A program made the translations under genes and the position numbers. The notes beneath the pieces are model-generated. The model had not been told where the DNA came from. It did not search any database and saw only the letters and a program-made list of their open reading frames with translations. Positions 55,153 through 63,750 of a stretch of 64,000 bases of DNA are shown piece by piece; position 1 is the first letter of the stretch, and each line of letters begins with the position of its first letter. The DNA comes from a virus, in IMG/VR virus record IMGVR_UViG_3300045988_117149; one strand, given 5' to 3'.

Positions 55153-55353
55153 TTATAGGATTACCTTGAATAGGTATTCGATTAGGATATTGTATAGTAA
55201 TAGGTATATTAGGTACTTGGTTATTATGTAGGCTTTGGGATATTTTATTTGGTTTTCTTTGTGTTGGGAGTAGGTCTTCTCTACGTCTAGGATCCTTAGT
55301 AGGAAGTAGAGCCCTACTAAGGATTTGGATAATATGTATAGGATTTGTATCAT
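55153..55353 (-). CDS. small hydrophobic early protein
   Basis: 66 aa; ATGA overlap with the upstream gene. Confidence 0.45.
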   Translation of the reverse strand: MIQILYILSKSLVGLYFLLRILDVEKTYSQHKENQIKYPKAYIITKYLIYLLLYNILIEYLFKVIL

Positions 55354-55610
55354 AATTCTGGTATTCCTTGTTTCTGTATTACGGTTCCTCCTCGATTAAA
55401 GGATATCTCTTGGCATTCTAAGTGTATTGTCTCGAAGTATTCCTGGATGCCCTGAAGACTGAAGAAGGTTAATTTCTCGTTACCGTATATGTTATTTACC
55501 TGGTCTATGATTTCTTGTTTGGCTTTGGTAGGGTCCTCATTGAGGGAATGTATTATATCCTGTACTTCGTTATCTTCGATAATTACTAAGGTAGTGATTG
55601 TTATTTTCAT
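55350..55610 (-). CDS. hypothetical early protein
   Basis: 86-aa ORF, 3 nt after the upstream stop. Confidence 0.55.
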   Translation of the reverse strand: MKITITTLVIIEDNEVQDIIHSLNEDPTKAKQEIIDQVNNIYGNEKLTFFSLQGIQEYFETIHLECQEISFNRGGTVIQKQGIPEL

Positions 55611-55613
55611 GTT

Positions 55614-55892
55614 CTAGTCGATATATAGGTTATACTTAATGTTTTCTAGTGTGAAGGATATGAAGGGTTTTTCCTCTGTTTCTTCCTTGGGATAGGCATT
55701 GAGGATTAGGTCATCCGTATTTAGGATTAGGTTTACTTCCTGTCCTCCATTAGTTGTGATGATGGTGATATCTTCCTCAAGGTCTCTGTCTTTCTCATCG
55801 CCCAGTGAATTAAGGAGGATAGCCGACCATGGATAATCTTGGACCTGTGATATAAGGATGATAAGCAGTTGGTTAAAAGCTCTTGTTGTCAT
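55614..55892 (-). CDS. hypothetical acidic early protein
   Basis: 92-aa ORF behind the promoter at 55955. Confidence 0.55.
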   Translation of the reverse strand: MTTRAFNQLLIILISQVQDYPWSAILLNSLGDEKDRDLEEDITIITTNGGQEVNLILNTDDLILNAYPKEETEEKPFISFTLENIKYNLYID

Positions 55893-55954
55893 AATGTTAA
55901 TGTGTTAGTGACCCGTTCGAGGTCGGTTAATATTATATTTTTATTTCTCTATTG

Positions 55955-55962
55955 CAAATATA
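55955..55962 (-). promoter_or_regulatory. promoter -7 box TATATTTG
   Basis: Reverse complement of caaatata, in the context TCGTATATTTGCAAT. TTGC lies 19 nt upstream. Confidence 0.65.
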
Positions 55963-56007
55963 CGAAATAAATATAATACGTGCAAATTAATATAATAATA
56001 TATGGGG

Positions 56008-56241
56008 TTAACTGGGTACCCTAATGAAGTCCAGTATTTCGATATCATAATAGGGCATTCCCATTAGTTCTCGGATTACCTGTTTGGTAAAATATACATG
56101 TAGGTGATTAGGATTTAATGTTTGCCTTGGATATCTGAGATATGGGTTTAATTCTTCAGTACGATATGTAACAAGGAAAGGCTCGCAAAAGCCTTCTCCT
56201 TGAATATTAAATGATACCAGGAATGTGTCTTTAGTTATCAT
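56008..56241 (-). CDS. hypothetical early protein
   Basis: 77-aa ORF; no clear promoter of its own. Confidence 0.5.
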   Translation of the reverse strand: MITKDTFLVSFNIQGEGFCEPFLVTYRTEELNPYLRYPRQTLNPNHLHVYFTKQVIRELMGMPYYDIEILDFIRVPS

Positions 56242-56302
56242 ATCAGTATGGGTATTAGTTGTGTATTTTCGATTGTTAAAACCGTATCTTTTGTTAAAGG
56301 TC

Positions 56303-56337
56303 GGGAACCGATACCGAATATAGTGATAGCGGTTCCC
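56303..56337 (-). terminator. hairpin after ORF 56385-56675
   Basis: GGGAACCG-19 nt-CGGTTCCC, a perfect 8-bp stem 48 nt after the stop; the T-run is weak. Confidence 0.45.
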
Positions 56338-56384
56338 TGAGGTAGTCTAATCATTAATAGGAAGATGATGTAGTCTTTCATTTG

Positions 56385-56675
56385 TTACCCGAAATAGAAT
56401 TTGCATAAGTCTTCTATGAAAGTCTCTTCTTCGTCCATGATTGTATCGGATTGTATGTATTCAAATTTGAATTGAGAATAGAATGGTCCGAATATCAGTA
56501 TCATTATGTTATCTTGCAGGTCGCATAATGATTGTTCCTCCTCTTCAGAGAGAGTAGATTGGTCCTTGTTAATGATATCAGAATAATTCTTAAGCAGAGC
56601 CTTGAGATTCTGAATACCTTCTGGGTTATTGGTTTCTATATCCAGCAATGTGGATTTCATTTCTTCTGTAATCAT
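56385..56675 (-). CDS. hypothetical acidic early protein
   Basis: 96 aa, rich in Asp/Glu (SEEEEQS, MDEEETFIED). Confidence 0.55.
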   Translation of the reverse strand: MITEEMKSTLLDIETNNPEGIQNLKALLKNYSDIINKDQSTLSEEEEQSLCDLQDNIMILIFGPFYSQFKFEYIQSDTIMDEEETFIEDLCKFYFG

Positions 56676-57061
56676 GATTGTATAGTTTTATAGGGTTTAG
56701 CAATTACTGATATGAACCCTTGTGGATATTGGGTATATAACAGTTGGAATGATACACCTTCTACGTTTGGTAAAAATACCCGTATGATATTTGCGAGCAA
56801 TGGGTAGATTTTCCATTGGTTCTCGTCCAGGAATTGTTGCCATTCAGCATGTTCATCCTCGTCATAGTTACCTGTTAGTTGGATATGGTATCCCTCTGGT
56901 GGAGGTGTAGGAAGAAATAAGTTGGTTACAACTTCGATTTCGTTGGTTTCCTTTTTGTATTGAGAGATAGGATACCAGATACCTTCGGTTTTCCATTTGT
57001 CTAATTGGAACAGGGTCATTCCCTGTTCCAGTGCGTTAAGCAGTTTGTATAAGTTTACCAT
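56672..57061 (-). CDS. hypothetical early protein
   Basis: 129-aa ORF; ATGA overlap with the downstream gene. Confidence 0.55.
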   Translation of the reverse strand: MVNLYKLLNALEQGMTLFQLDKWKTEGIWYPISQYKKETNEIEVVTNLFLPTPPPEGYHIQLTGNYDEDEHAEWQQFLDENQWKIYPLLANIIRVFLPNVEGVSFQLLYTQYPQGFISVIAKPYKTIQS

Positions 57062-57067
57062 AGTTGA

Positions 57068-57574
57068 TTAGAGTTTATTGATTGTTTCTGAAATGTAAAG
57101 CCCAGAGAATAATTCCGTTTCTCTGTGATCTGATTCGTATTTTTCGAGTGATTCAAGAGTATCGGAATATTGAGATATCATGTCTTCGTCATTTTCCTCG
57201 TTAGCAATGAAGTTTCTTAAATGGGTTTTGAGACCTTCGATTGTATAATCTTGGTGTTCAAGAGTTAATTGAGGAATAGCATAAATGATAGCCTCTACCT
57301 GTGAAGGAGAATAATCGTAGTATTGGTCATCGGCACCCTCTTCTAAGTCCATTGATTTGATATTTGATTTGATATCATTGAAGAGAATATCTTCGTTGGG
57401 ATAGATGCAAAGAGTAGCAGATGCACCTTGGTAATCGTCGGTTTCCTCGATGTCAATTTCAAAGATTTCGATACCGTCTGAAACTGAAAGACCTTCTGTG
57501 TAATCGAAAGTATGAAACTTGTTAGCATCGATTATCGATTTGAGTTCGGGGAGGGTTTTAATAATTTTTTCCAT
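57068..57574 (-). CDS. strongly acidic early protein
   Basis: Start moved to the ATG at 57574 (MEKIIKTLPELK), because the track start at 57613 lies inside the promoter. Many D/E runs (DIEETDDY, EEGADDQYYDY, NEENDEDM). Confidence 0.6.
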   Translation of the reverse strand: MEKIIKTLPELKSIIDANKFHTFDYTEGLSVSDGIEIFEIDIEETDDYQGASATLCIYPNEDILFNDIKSNIKSMDLEEGADDQYYDYSPSQVEAIIYAIPQLTLEHQDYTIEGLKTHLRNFIANEENDEDMISQYSDTLESLEKYESDHRETELFSGLYISETINKL

Positions 57575-57615
57575 TTTGTCTATATTAAAAATTGTTTGAG
57601 AAATATTTCTCACTG

Positions 57616-57623
57616 CAAATATA
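57616..57623 (-). promoter_or_regulatory. promoter -7 box TATATTTG
   Basis: Reverse complement of caaatata, 42 nt upstream of the ATG at 57574. Confidence 0.6.
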
Positions 57624-57674
57624 CAAAATTATTTTATAACTTGTATCACTATATAATATTATTTTTAAAAATAG

Positions 57675-57711
57675 AGAGGTACTCAGTTTTGGTTATGTAC
57701 TGAGCACCTCT
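57675..57711 (-). terminator. rho-independent terminator
   Basis: 13-bp stem (AGAGGUGCUCAGU / ACUGAGUACCUCU, one G:U pair) followed by CUAUUUUUAAAAA, 19 nt after the stop at 57730. Confidence 0.75.
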
Positions 57712-57729
57712 GAGGATATATAGAACTGG

Positions 57730-58296
57730 TTAGGGAATTATTGGTAGGCCATTATCTTCATTGAAATATCTTAATTTCCTTCGAGTTATTCGGCCTTCCT
57801 TTTCCTTTAATCCGTCTACCCACTTGGGATAGGATTTTATGGTAGTTTCGGTTTTATTACCATGATTATCTTTAATGATTACAAAAGAATCTTCTATGGT
57901 GATCTTATAAGTACTTCGATAGGTAGTAATGGTTTCTGGTATGCAGATGATTCCCTCTGATTTACGCATGCCTGCGTTTGTAGCCTTAGGATAATCTGTA
58001 TATTTAATAATACCGTTCTCAGTAGTAGCATAATGTAACCTTCTTCGGGTTATTCTTTTACCGTATGAAAGTTTCAGCTTGCTATACCAGGTTTGGTATT
58101 CCTCTAGAGAATTAAGCATAATAATTTGACTTGTTCCTTTAGCAGGAGTCTTAGATTTACTTATGGCTTGCTGAATAAGGATTTTATCAGGTTGCATAGT
58201 TAGCGAATATACAACCCGTTTGTAATTAAAGCTGAATACTGAACCAGAGGAGCATTCTATTTCCTCTGGTACGATAATAGGTTTTTGTTCATTCAT
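57730..58296 (-). CDS. hypothetical early protein with internal duplication
   Basis: Two halves each end in G(K/R)RITRR(R/K)L(H/R)Y...(E/D)NG. Confidence 0.6.
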   Translation of the reverse strand: MNEQKPIIVPEEIECSSGSVFSFNYKRVVYSLTMQPDKILIQQAISKSKTPAKGTSQIIMLNSLEEYQTWYSKLKLSYGKRITRRRLHYATTENGIIKYTDYPKATNAGMRKSEGIICIPETITTYRSTYKITIEDSFVIIKDNHGNKTETTIKSYPKWVDGLKEKEGRITRRKLRYFNEDNGLPIIP

Positions 58297-58469
58297 AATG
58301 TATACTCCTTTCTGATATCATCAAATTGTAGTAATGTCTTAAGTATCTTAGTTTTAGACCAAGTAGGTTCAAAGCCTATGCAAGGTATATATTCGTTATG
58401 AGGTACGAATAAAGTCATCCGACCTTGTTTTTGTAGGTCGGATTTTAGTTTCTTGTAATTAGTAGCCAT
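58293..58469 (-). CDS. hypothetical 58-aa protein (not in ORF track, below its size cut-off)
   Basis: MATNYKKLKSDLQKQGRMTLFVPHNEYIPCIGFEPTWSKTKILKTLLQFDDIRKEYTL. The ATG lies 2 nt after the upstream stop, and its TGA overlaps the next ATG (ATGA). Confidence 0.55.
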   Translation of the reverse strand: MATNYKKLKSDLQKQGRMTLFVPHNEYIPCIGFEPTWSKTKILKTLLQFDDIRKEYTL

Positions 58470-58471
58470 AG

Positions 58472-58855
58472 TTATGATATTCTGAAGTTAAGTTGATAAA
58501 TCCAATTATTGGAATCCATCTTAGTGAACGAGATGAATATACCATCGTTATCCGTGAACTTTTGCATGAATTTCAGAGCAGCATCAGCAGCTTGATTCTT
58601 TTTCTCGGTAGTATCAAGAGTTACCATACTCTCTAAGATGAAAGTGTAATAGGTAGTCTCATATTGACTGAAACAATTGATGTCTATCACCTGGAGATTG
58701 TGTAGTTCTGATAACTGGTATAGTTCAGTCATTAATAGGTTGTAGAGATTCTTTTTCTCATCTCGATCTAAATCAAAGTCGGATTTGTTCTTTATGAACT
58801 TAGTTACTACTTGAGCAAGTTGTTCATCCTGATTGTAAGTTACTGGGCTTCTCAT
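58472..58855 (-). CDS. hypothetical early protein
   Basis: Start moved to the ATG at 58855 (MRSPVTYNQ); the track start at 58885 lies inside the promoter box. Confidence 0.55.
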   Translation of the reverse strand: MRSPVTYNQDEQLAQVVTKFIKNKSDFDLDRDEKKNLYNLLMTELYQLSELHNLQVIDINCFSQYETTYYTFILESMVTLDTTEKKNQAADAALKFMQKFTDNDGIFISFTKMDSNNWIYQLNFRIS

Positions 58856-58882
58856 ATTTTTGTCTATTTTAAATTTGATATG

Positions 58883-58890
58883 CAAATATA
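58883..58890 (-). promoter_or_regulatory. promoter: -7 box TATATTTG with -33 TTTG (58910-58913) at 19-nt spacing
   Basis: Full two-element match. The leader is near-identical to the one at 61187-61213. Confidence 0.7.
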
Positions 58891-58964
58891 ATCATTTTTA
58901 TTTATATTACAAAATAATACTCTTTTATTTTAAAATGAGCTGAGGATGTGTATACACACTAAAG

Positions 58965-58987
58965 AAGGCAGTGGATTAGACTGCCTT
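58965..58987 (-). terminator. hairpin after ORF 58994-59479
   Basis: AAGGCAGT-7 nt-ACTGCCTT, a perfect 8-bp stem 7 nt after the stop. Confidence 0.5.
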
Positions 58988-58993
58988 TCGAAT

Positions 58994-59479
58994 TTAGACC
59001 TTATTGATTACAGTGTATAAGGCTGACCTAATTATTGATTCTCTGGTAGAGTTATCAAGCTTTTTCTCTACTTCATTTCTGAAGCATTCTTTTACGATAT
59101 GACTCAATTCCTCTTTCAGTCTGGAAGCTATTTCATCTGTAAACTTTTGTACCTTGAATGCTTTAGTTAATTCCTCTTTAGCACCCTCTAAAGGCTTATT
59201 TTCTACTAATTGAATGGTCTCATTAAGATATACTTCAAAGGTTTCATAACCTATCCATTCTATATCATTTAACCAATTTTCAAATTCCTCGTATACCAAG
59301 AAGGTATCTGGTTCATGCCCAGTGCAGGCATCAAATATGGGCATGATATTTCTGAGGAGCTCAGTGCCCACTAACTGTGTTGGACTTACTTCGGTATGTA
59401 TCTTATATAAACCGTGTTCATTCTTTAGACCCACTATCAAGTGAGTCACTAATGGGTTTTTCCTCTTGTTTATTAACAT
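58994..59479 (-). CDS. hypothetical early protein
   Basis: 161-aa ORF; overlaps the upstream ORF by 62 nt. Confidence 0.55.
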   Translation of the reverse strand: MLINKRKNPLVTHLIVGLKNEHGLYKIHTEVSPTQLVGTELLRNIMPIFDACTGHEPDTFLVYEEFENWLNDIEWIGYETFEVYLNETIQLVENKPLEGAKEELTKAFKVQKFTDEIASRLKEELSHIVKECFRNEVEKKLDNSTRESIIRSALYTVINKV

Positions 59480-59795
59480 AACTAAGTTTTTGTATTATGA
59501 GTTGAACGTAGGTATTTTTCTCTTTGTATATGAACATTACCGATAAAAGTATATCATGTTTCGGTAATATCATCTGTATGAAATTGCCTGGAGCAATTAC
59601 CGTAGCAACTACTGGAGAATCCTTTTGTGAGAAATTCTCCAGTATCATTTCTGTTCTTCTAATATGTTCAGGCTTTGTTGGGTCCAAAGTTAGGATGGGA
59701 GCAGTTAAACATTCTTTGATACCATTGGTTAAGGCATTGTATAACCATTCATCATTCTTTAAATCCTCAGCCTGGAGAGTCTTCATTATAATCAT
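59418..59795 (-). CDS. hypothetical early protein
   Basis: 125-aa ORF; ATGA overlap with the upstream stop. Confidence 0.5.
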   Translation of the reverse strand: MIIMKTLQAEDLKNDEWLYNALTNGIKECLTAPILTLDPTKPEHIRRTEMILENFSQKDSPVVATVIAPGNFIQMILPKHDILLSVMFIYKEKNTYVQLIIQKLSYVNKQEEKPISDSLDSGSKE

Positions 59796-60103
59796 ATCCG
59801 GAACCTATTTAGTATGGTATTATTGTTATCAATCTCGAATAACCATAATTCATGGTCCCGATAGGAGTTTGTTATCTTACTAAATTTGGATATCTGAAAG
59901 ATAACATGAGTTGTTGTTCTTGAAAGCATACTTGCATGGCAAGTAACATTGTCCGAAGATAGTTTGTTCTTGAAAGCTTTTAGCAAGTCTTCATCACTTT
60001 TATTAGCATTGTCTTCTAAAGTTTTGATAAACTCTATTTCGACATTTTCTGTCATACTTACCTTTCGGAAAGCGAATTTCTCTTTATTTTCCATGTTCTT
60101 CAT
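59792..60103 (-). CDS. hypothetical early protein
   Basis: The track start at 60139 is a TTG. The first in-frame ATG is at 60103 (alternative at 60094). Confidence 0.45.
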   Translation of the reverse strand: MKNMENKEKFAFRKVSMTENVEIEFIKTLEDNANKSDEDLLKAFKNKLSSDNVTCHASMLSRTTTHVIFQISKFSKITNSYRDHELWLFEIDNNNTILNRFRI

Positions 60104-60713
60104 TGTTTTTACCGATAGTCTCTTCTGTAATTTCTTCAAGAGTCCTTTCGATGATGTTTTTAACTATGGTTTGATTCTCTACTTTAGCATAACTATAGAT
60201 TAGGTCCAGCTGACTGCTTATGTAAGCATCTACCATTGATAAGTCCTTGAATAGTTCCCATTCTTTTAGGAAATTGAGCCTAATCATATTAGTAAACATA
60301 TTCTCATCATAAGGAATTTCAATGTAAGCACCTACCCTATTGAAGATATGTATTAAATGTTCTTCGATATACTTGGGTAATTCAAAGCAAGATGGTATTT
60401 TAGAATAAGTAATCCTACTCGGTATTAAATACTCGAAGGTAAAACGTTTAGAGAATGTTATTCCTGGGAAACGTTTACCAAATATCAAGGGTATCTTATA
60501 CTGTAATAACTGAGGAGTAGTATCATATATTACATAATGTTTAAGATATTCATTGTACATATCAAAGTATAACCGTTCGTCAAATTTACCAGACTCTATC
60601 ATGCAGAGTTCAAGAATCCGGTAAATAGATTTCACTGGCCCTTTGAATACCAGGTTACCCTTATCAAGGTAGATAAGGTTTTTAGAGCATTTCTTTCGTT
60701 TAAATAGGTTCAT
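60084..60713 (-). CDS. hypothetical early protein
   Basis: 209-aa ORF. Confidence 0.55.
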   Translation of the reverse strand: MNLFKRKKCSKNLIYLDKGNLVFKGPVKSIYRILELCMIESGKFDERLYFDMYNEYLKHYVIYDTTPQLLQYKIPLIFGKRFPGITFSKRFTFEYLIPSRITYSKIPSCFELPKYIEEHLIHIFNRVGAYIEIPYDENMFTNMIRLNFLKEWELFKDLSMVDAYISSQLDLIYSYAKVENQTIVKNIIERTLEEITEETIGKNNEEHGK

Positions 60714-60717
60714 GTGC

Positions 60718-60930
60718 TTAGAATGTAAAATTTATGTATATTTCTCTGTTTCCCTTGAGGAATTTCTCATGATTAGTATCTTCGTACTTATAGCAAGAAT
60801 AAGTCTTAGAGGCTTTGTCATATTCGCCCCTTACCCATACCGGAGCAGTTTCTGTTGGTCTGAGTTTAAAATAAGTCCCTTGATTAACCTTGTTAACTTG
60901 GGTTTTCTTGTATTCTAAATTGATATCCAT
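60718..60930 (-). CDS. hypothetical early protein
   Basis: 70-aa ORF, 1 nt after the upstream stop. Confidence 0.5.
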   Translation of the reverse strand: MDINLEYKKTQVNKVNQGTYFKLRPTETAPVWVRGEYDKASKTYSCYKYEDTNHEKFLKGNREIYINFTF

Positions 60931-60931
60931 A

Positions 60932-61186
60932 TCAGTATACGATTAAACCTGGGAACCCAAGTTGATTTGTTTCTAAGTTTATGGGTGTTTTGTATACCTT
61001 AACACTGCCATAGTAATTCCTAAGGTCATCATAGGAATGATGTTCATAGATGTCTGAATAAAGATCATCCTCTCCCTCCTGATATAGGTCGATTAAACGT
61101 TTCTCGGCTTGTTCATCGGATGTTTCCATTACTTGGAATAGGAAGTCTCCGGTAATAAGCGTGTAGATGTAACAATCTGTTTTCAT
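60932..61186 (-). CDS. hypothetical acidic early protein
   Basis: Start moved to the ATG at 61186 (MKTDCYIYT); the track start at 61216 lies inside the promoter box. Confidence 0.55.
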   Translation of the reverse strand: MKTDCYIYTLITGDFLFQVMETSDEQAEKRLIDLYQEGEDDLYSDIYEHHSYDDLRNYYGSVKVYKTPINLETNQLGFPGLIVY

Positions 61187-61213
61187 ATTTTTGTCTATTT
61201 TAAAATTGATATG

Positions 61214-61221
61214 CAAATATA
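61214..61221 (-). promoter_or_regulatory. promoter -7 box TATATTTG
   Basis: Reverse complement of caaatata. TTGC lies 19 nt upstream. Confidence 0.65.
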
Positions 61222-61260
61222 TAAATTTTCAATATAATATGCAATGAACCTATTTAACTA

Positions 61261-62172
61261 CTAGAGCCTCTTACTACGTAAGAATTGAGATGCAAAGGAG
61301 CCCATATCTTCCTCCTCTGGTACTTCCTCATATTGATACAATTCTGGGTCCTCCCCATCTGGGTCAATACGCATTTCTATTTCTCTACGTATCTCATGAT
61401 GTTCATCAGGGAATAACTCCATAGCTCCCTTATAATCATCGGTAATCTGGGCTAACTCTGCCTTGTTAAGGTTAAGACCTTCCTTACTGGTATCTACTCC
61501 CTCTTGCTTAGTAGCAACTACCTCAGGTAATGAAGCTATATCATATCTTTCCTCTAATAGTTTAGCCTCTTCAGTCTTATCCAGTATCTTTTGAGATTCT
61601 AATACTATTTGACGTGCCTCGTCGATTGAAATAGTGTTCTGAGGTTGATTTACATTGTTCTGATTGAACTGAGCAAATATATTGGTAGTACTTCCTCCAG
61701 TAATATTACGTACGATAGATTGAAGAGATGTAGAGGATTCCAACTTTAACTTTAAAGCCTTACCCAGCTCCGCAGATATAAATGGCATATACTTACCTCC
61801 CTGGGATTCTCTCAATACGTTTACCTGATGGGCTATCTCCATACGGTCTTCTAGTACCCAAGCAAGTTGTTCTCCCATTAATGCTTGCAGTAAATCTTCT
61901 GATTTTTCTTTGTCCCAGATTCTTGAGCTTAATAGCCTATCTCTCATAAAGATACGTATGTAATTGATATCTATACCCATACGGTATGAGAAGGTATTAA
62001 TATCATACGTAATACCACATAATACACCATTACCCATTAACCATTGATTGATAAGGTAGTTGTGTATATTTACCAGAAGTGTATCATTTGGGTTCTTCTG
62101 ATATTCTAAAGCCATTGCCGTAACTCCCATAGGTCTTGGGAACCTTACGATTTTATTTCTTTTTTCTAACAT
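61261..62172 (-). CDS. hypothetical protein (303 aa, acidic C-terminus)
   Basis: Largest ORF of the early block; no motif recognised. Confidence 0.55.
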   Translation of the reverse strand: MLEKRNKIVRFPRPMGVTAMALEYQKNPNDTLLVNIHNYLINQWLMGNGVLCGITYDINTFSYRMGIDINYIRIFMRDRLLSSRIWDKEKSEDLLQALMGEQLAWVLEDRMEIAHQVNVLRESQGGKYMPFISAELGKALKLKLESSTSLQSIVRNITGGSTTNIFAQFNQNNVNQPQNTISIDEARQIVLESQKILDKTEEAKLLEERYDIASLPEVVATKQEGVDTSKEGLNLNKAELAQITDDYKGAMELFPDEHHEIRREIEMRIDPDGEDPELYQYEEVPEEEDMGSFASQFLRSKRL

Positions 62173-62431
62173 ACAAATGAGATTTTCTTATGTCCGAACT
62201 TTCATCATATCCCACATACTCTAAATCGTACCTTACATACAGATTCAAAGATAGGTTGTAGAAATACCCTAAATACCTATCCCTTATTACCGATAAATTA
62301 AAAGCTTCACCAGAGATTAGGTCCCTGGTGAATACTAAATTACCTTTCCCAGTAATAGGGATTTCAAGGCAAAGTTTATAATCTCCTACCTTGAATTTAT
62401 TCCCATGAAGGTCTGTGATTTCCCTTGCCAT
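62153..62431 (-). CDS. hypothetical early protein
   Basis: 92-aa ORF; 20-nt overlap with the downstream gene. Confidence 0.5.
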   Translation of the reverse strand: MAREITDLHGNKFKVGDYKLCLEIPITGKGNLVFTRDLISGEAFNLSVIRDRYLGYFYNLSLNLYVRYDLEYVGYDESSDIRKSHLYVRKKK

Positions 62432-62834
62432 AATTTACCTTTTTACGGTTCGTAGGTTTTTTGTCTTGTTTACTACGGTTATATTCTGCCCTTGCCCTAA
62501 AATTGGGCAATTCCTCAATCATCTTTTGAATATCGGGGAATAATTGGGTCCTTAGAGGAACTACCTGGGTAGCGAAAAAGGCATTCCATAACTTCTGGGT
62601 AAAGGGTTCTCCTAACTTTAACTTGGAGATTGCCCAGAATTTGGTTTCGAAATTCTTAACTATTTCCTTAAACCGATAGTAGTATAGTTTATGGGTCTTA
62701 GGATTAATGCCAATGGTAGTAGTTTGGCAATAATCTAGAAATTCGTTACCTAATTCGGATATAAACTCTTTCCTTTTAAAATCATAGTTCTCTTGGTCGA
62801 GCTTAAATAATTTAACGTAATCGATTGCTTCCAT
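62397..62834 (-). CDS. hypothetical early protein with basic C-terminus
   Basis: 145-aa ORF. Confidence 0.55.
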   Translation of the reverse strand: MEAIDYVKLFKLDQENYDFKRKEFISELGNEFLDYCQTTTIGINPKTHKLYYYRFKEIVKNFETKFWAISKLKLGEPFTQKLWNAFFATQVVPLRTQLFPDIQKMIEELPNFRARAEYNRSKQDKKPTNRKKVNYGKGNHRPSWE

Positions 62835-62835
62835 G

Positions 62836-63186
62836 TTATTGTTTAATTATGAGTTTAGGGTATCCATCCGTAACCTGGAATAGATATCCCCTTATATCAT
62901 CTTCATAGTATGAAGACCAAATTGTTTTCTCTAATCGAAAATTATCTAAGATTGCCCCTTTCGGAATACCAGTAACATATATCTGATGTTTGGGCATTAT
63001 TGGGGTTATCCCGAATTTACCCTCTTTGTAATTACCATATGTACCATAATCCGGCATATTGCCTGTGAACCCAGTGGGTTGTAATACATCACTTACCAAG
63101 GTAGTTGGTTGTAACTCCCTTTTATTACAGAAGAACCGTAATTTCGATTTGCCTATATATAGGTCTTTAACTATTGCCCCAAACAT
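62836..63186 (-). CDS. hypothetical early protein
   Basis: 116-aa ORF. Confidence 0.5.
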   Translation of the reverse strand: MFGAIVKDLYIGKSKLRFFCNKRELQPTTLVSDVLQPTGFTGNMPDYGTYGNYKEGKFGITPIMPKHQIYVTGIPKGAILDNFRLEKTIWSSYYEDDIRGYLFQVTDGYPKLIIKQ

Positions 63187-63470
63187 TTGTATATGATTAT
63201 ATGGGTTATACCTTCTTTCTTGAAATAGAATTGGTTCTGTGAACGTTCTTCTAGTTTCTTCAATTCTCTTCGAGATTCAGTACAGATTCTGTCAGATTTT
63301 CTTAGAATATCCGAGATGCTATCCCAGATGGGTGCCATTTCCTTTACAGGCCCAGCATAGACAATTTTATGTTTAGCCTCAATTTGGGGATACTTTGATT
63401 TATACTGGTATTTACCTTTGAGGTAAAGTACATTATACTTTTCTGTTCCGTTTCTTCTTTCGTTTTCCAT
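63171..63470 (-). CDS. hypothetical early protein
   Basis: 99-aa ORF. Confidence 0.5.
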   Translation of the reverse strand: MENERRNGTEKYNVLYLKGKYQYKSKYPQIEAKHKIVYAGPVKEMAPIWDSISDILRKSDRICTESRRELKKLEERSQNQFYFKKEGITHIIIYKCLGQ

Positions 63471-63735
63471 TCTTAGTATTATTATCTATGTAATCTGAAA
63501 TATCATCAAGCTGCCCTAAAAGCAATGCTTGAATAAAGATGTGTATAGGCCTGAAAAAGAAATTCCTTACGTTATGTGGATTGATATACCAATCGTAAAC
63601 TATAAAGAACTTCTTTATCTTAGAATGCTTAAGTGAATGCTGAACAAGCCAAGATTTACAACATCGTTTATGTAATTCGACAAGTTCTTTATCTTGTTTA
63701 AGCATCTCCTTATCAGAGAAGATAGTGTAATCCAT
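63433..63735 (-). CDS. hypothetical early protein
   Basis: 100-aa ORF. Confidence 0.5.
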   Translation of the reverse strand: MDYTIFSDKEMLKQDKELVELHKRCCKSWLVQHSLKHSKIKKFFIVYDWYINPHNVRNFFFRPIHIFIQALLLGQLDDISDYIDNNTKNGKRKKKRNRKV

Positions 63736-63750
63736 TATGATTCTTTATAA

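Noticed and set aside
58994-63470. Long same-strand overlaps between early ORFs (62 nt at 59418-59479, 38 nt at 63433-63470, 35 nt at 62397-62431, 20 nt at 62153-62172) as possible frameshift sites
   Set aside because: No slippery heptamers were seen at the overlaps. They are more simply explained by compact early-gene packing or by uncertain start-codon choice.
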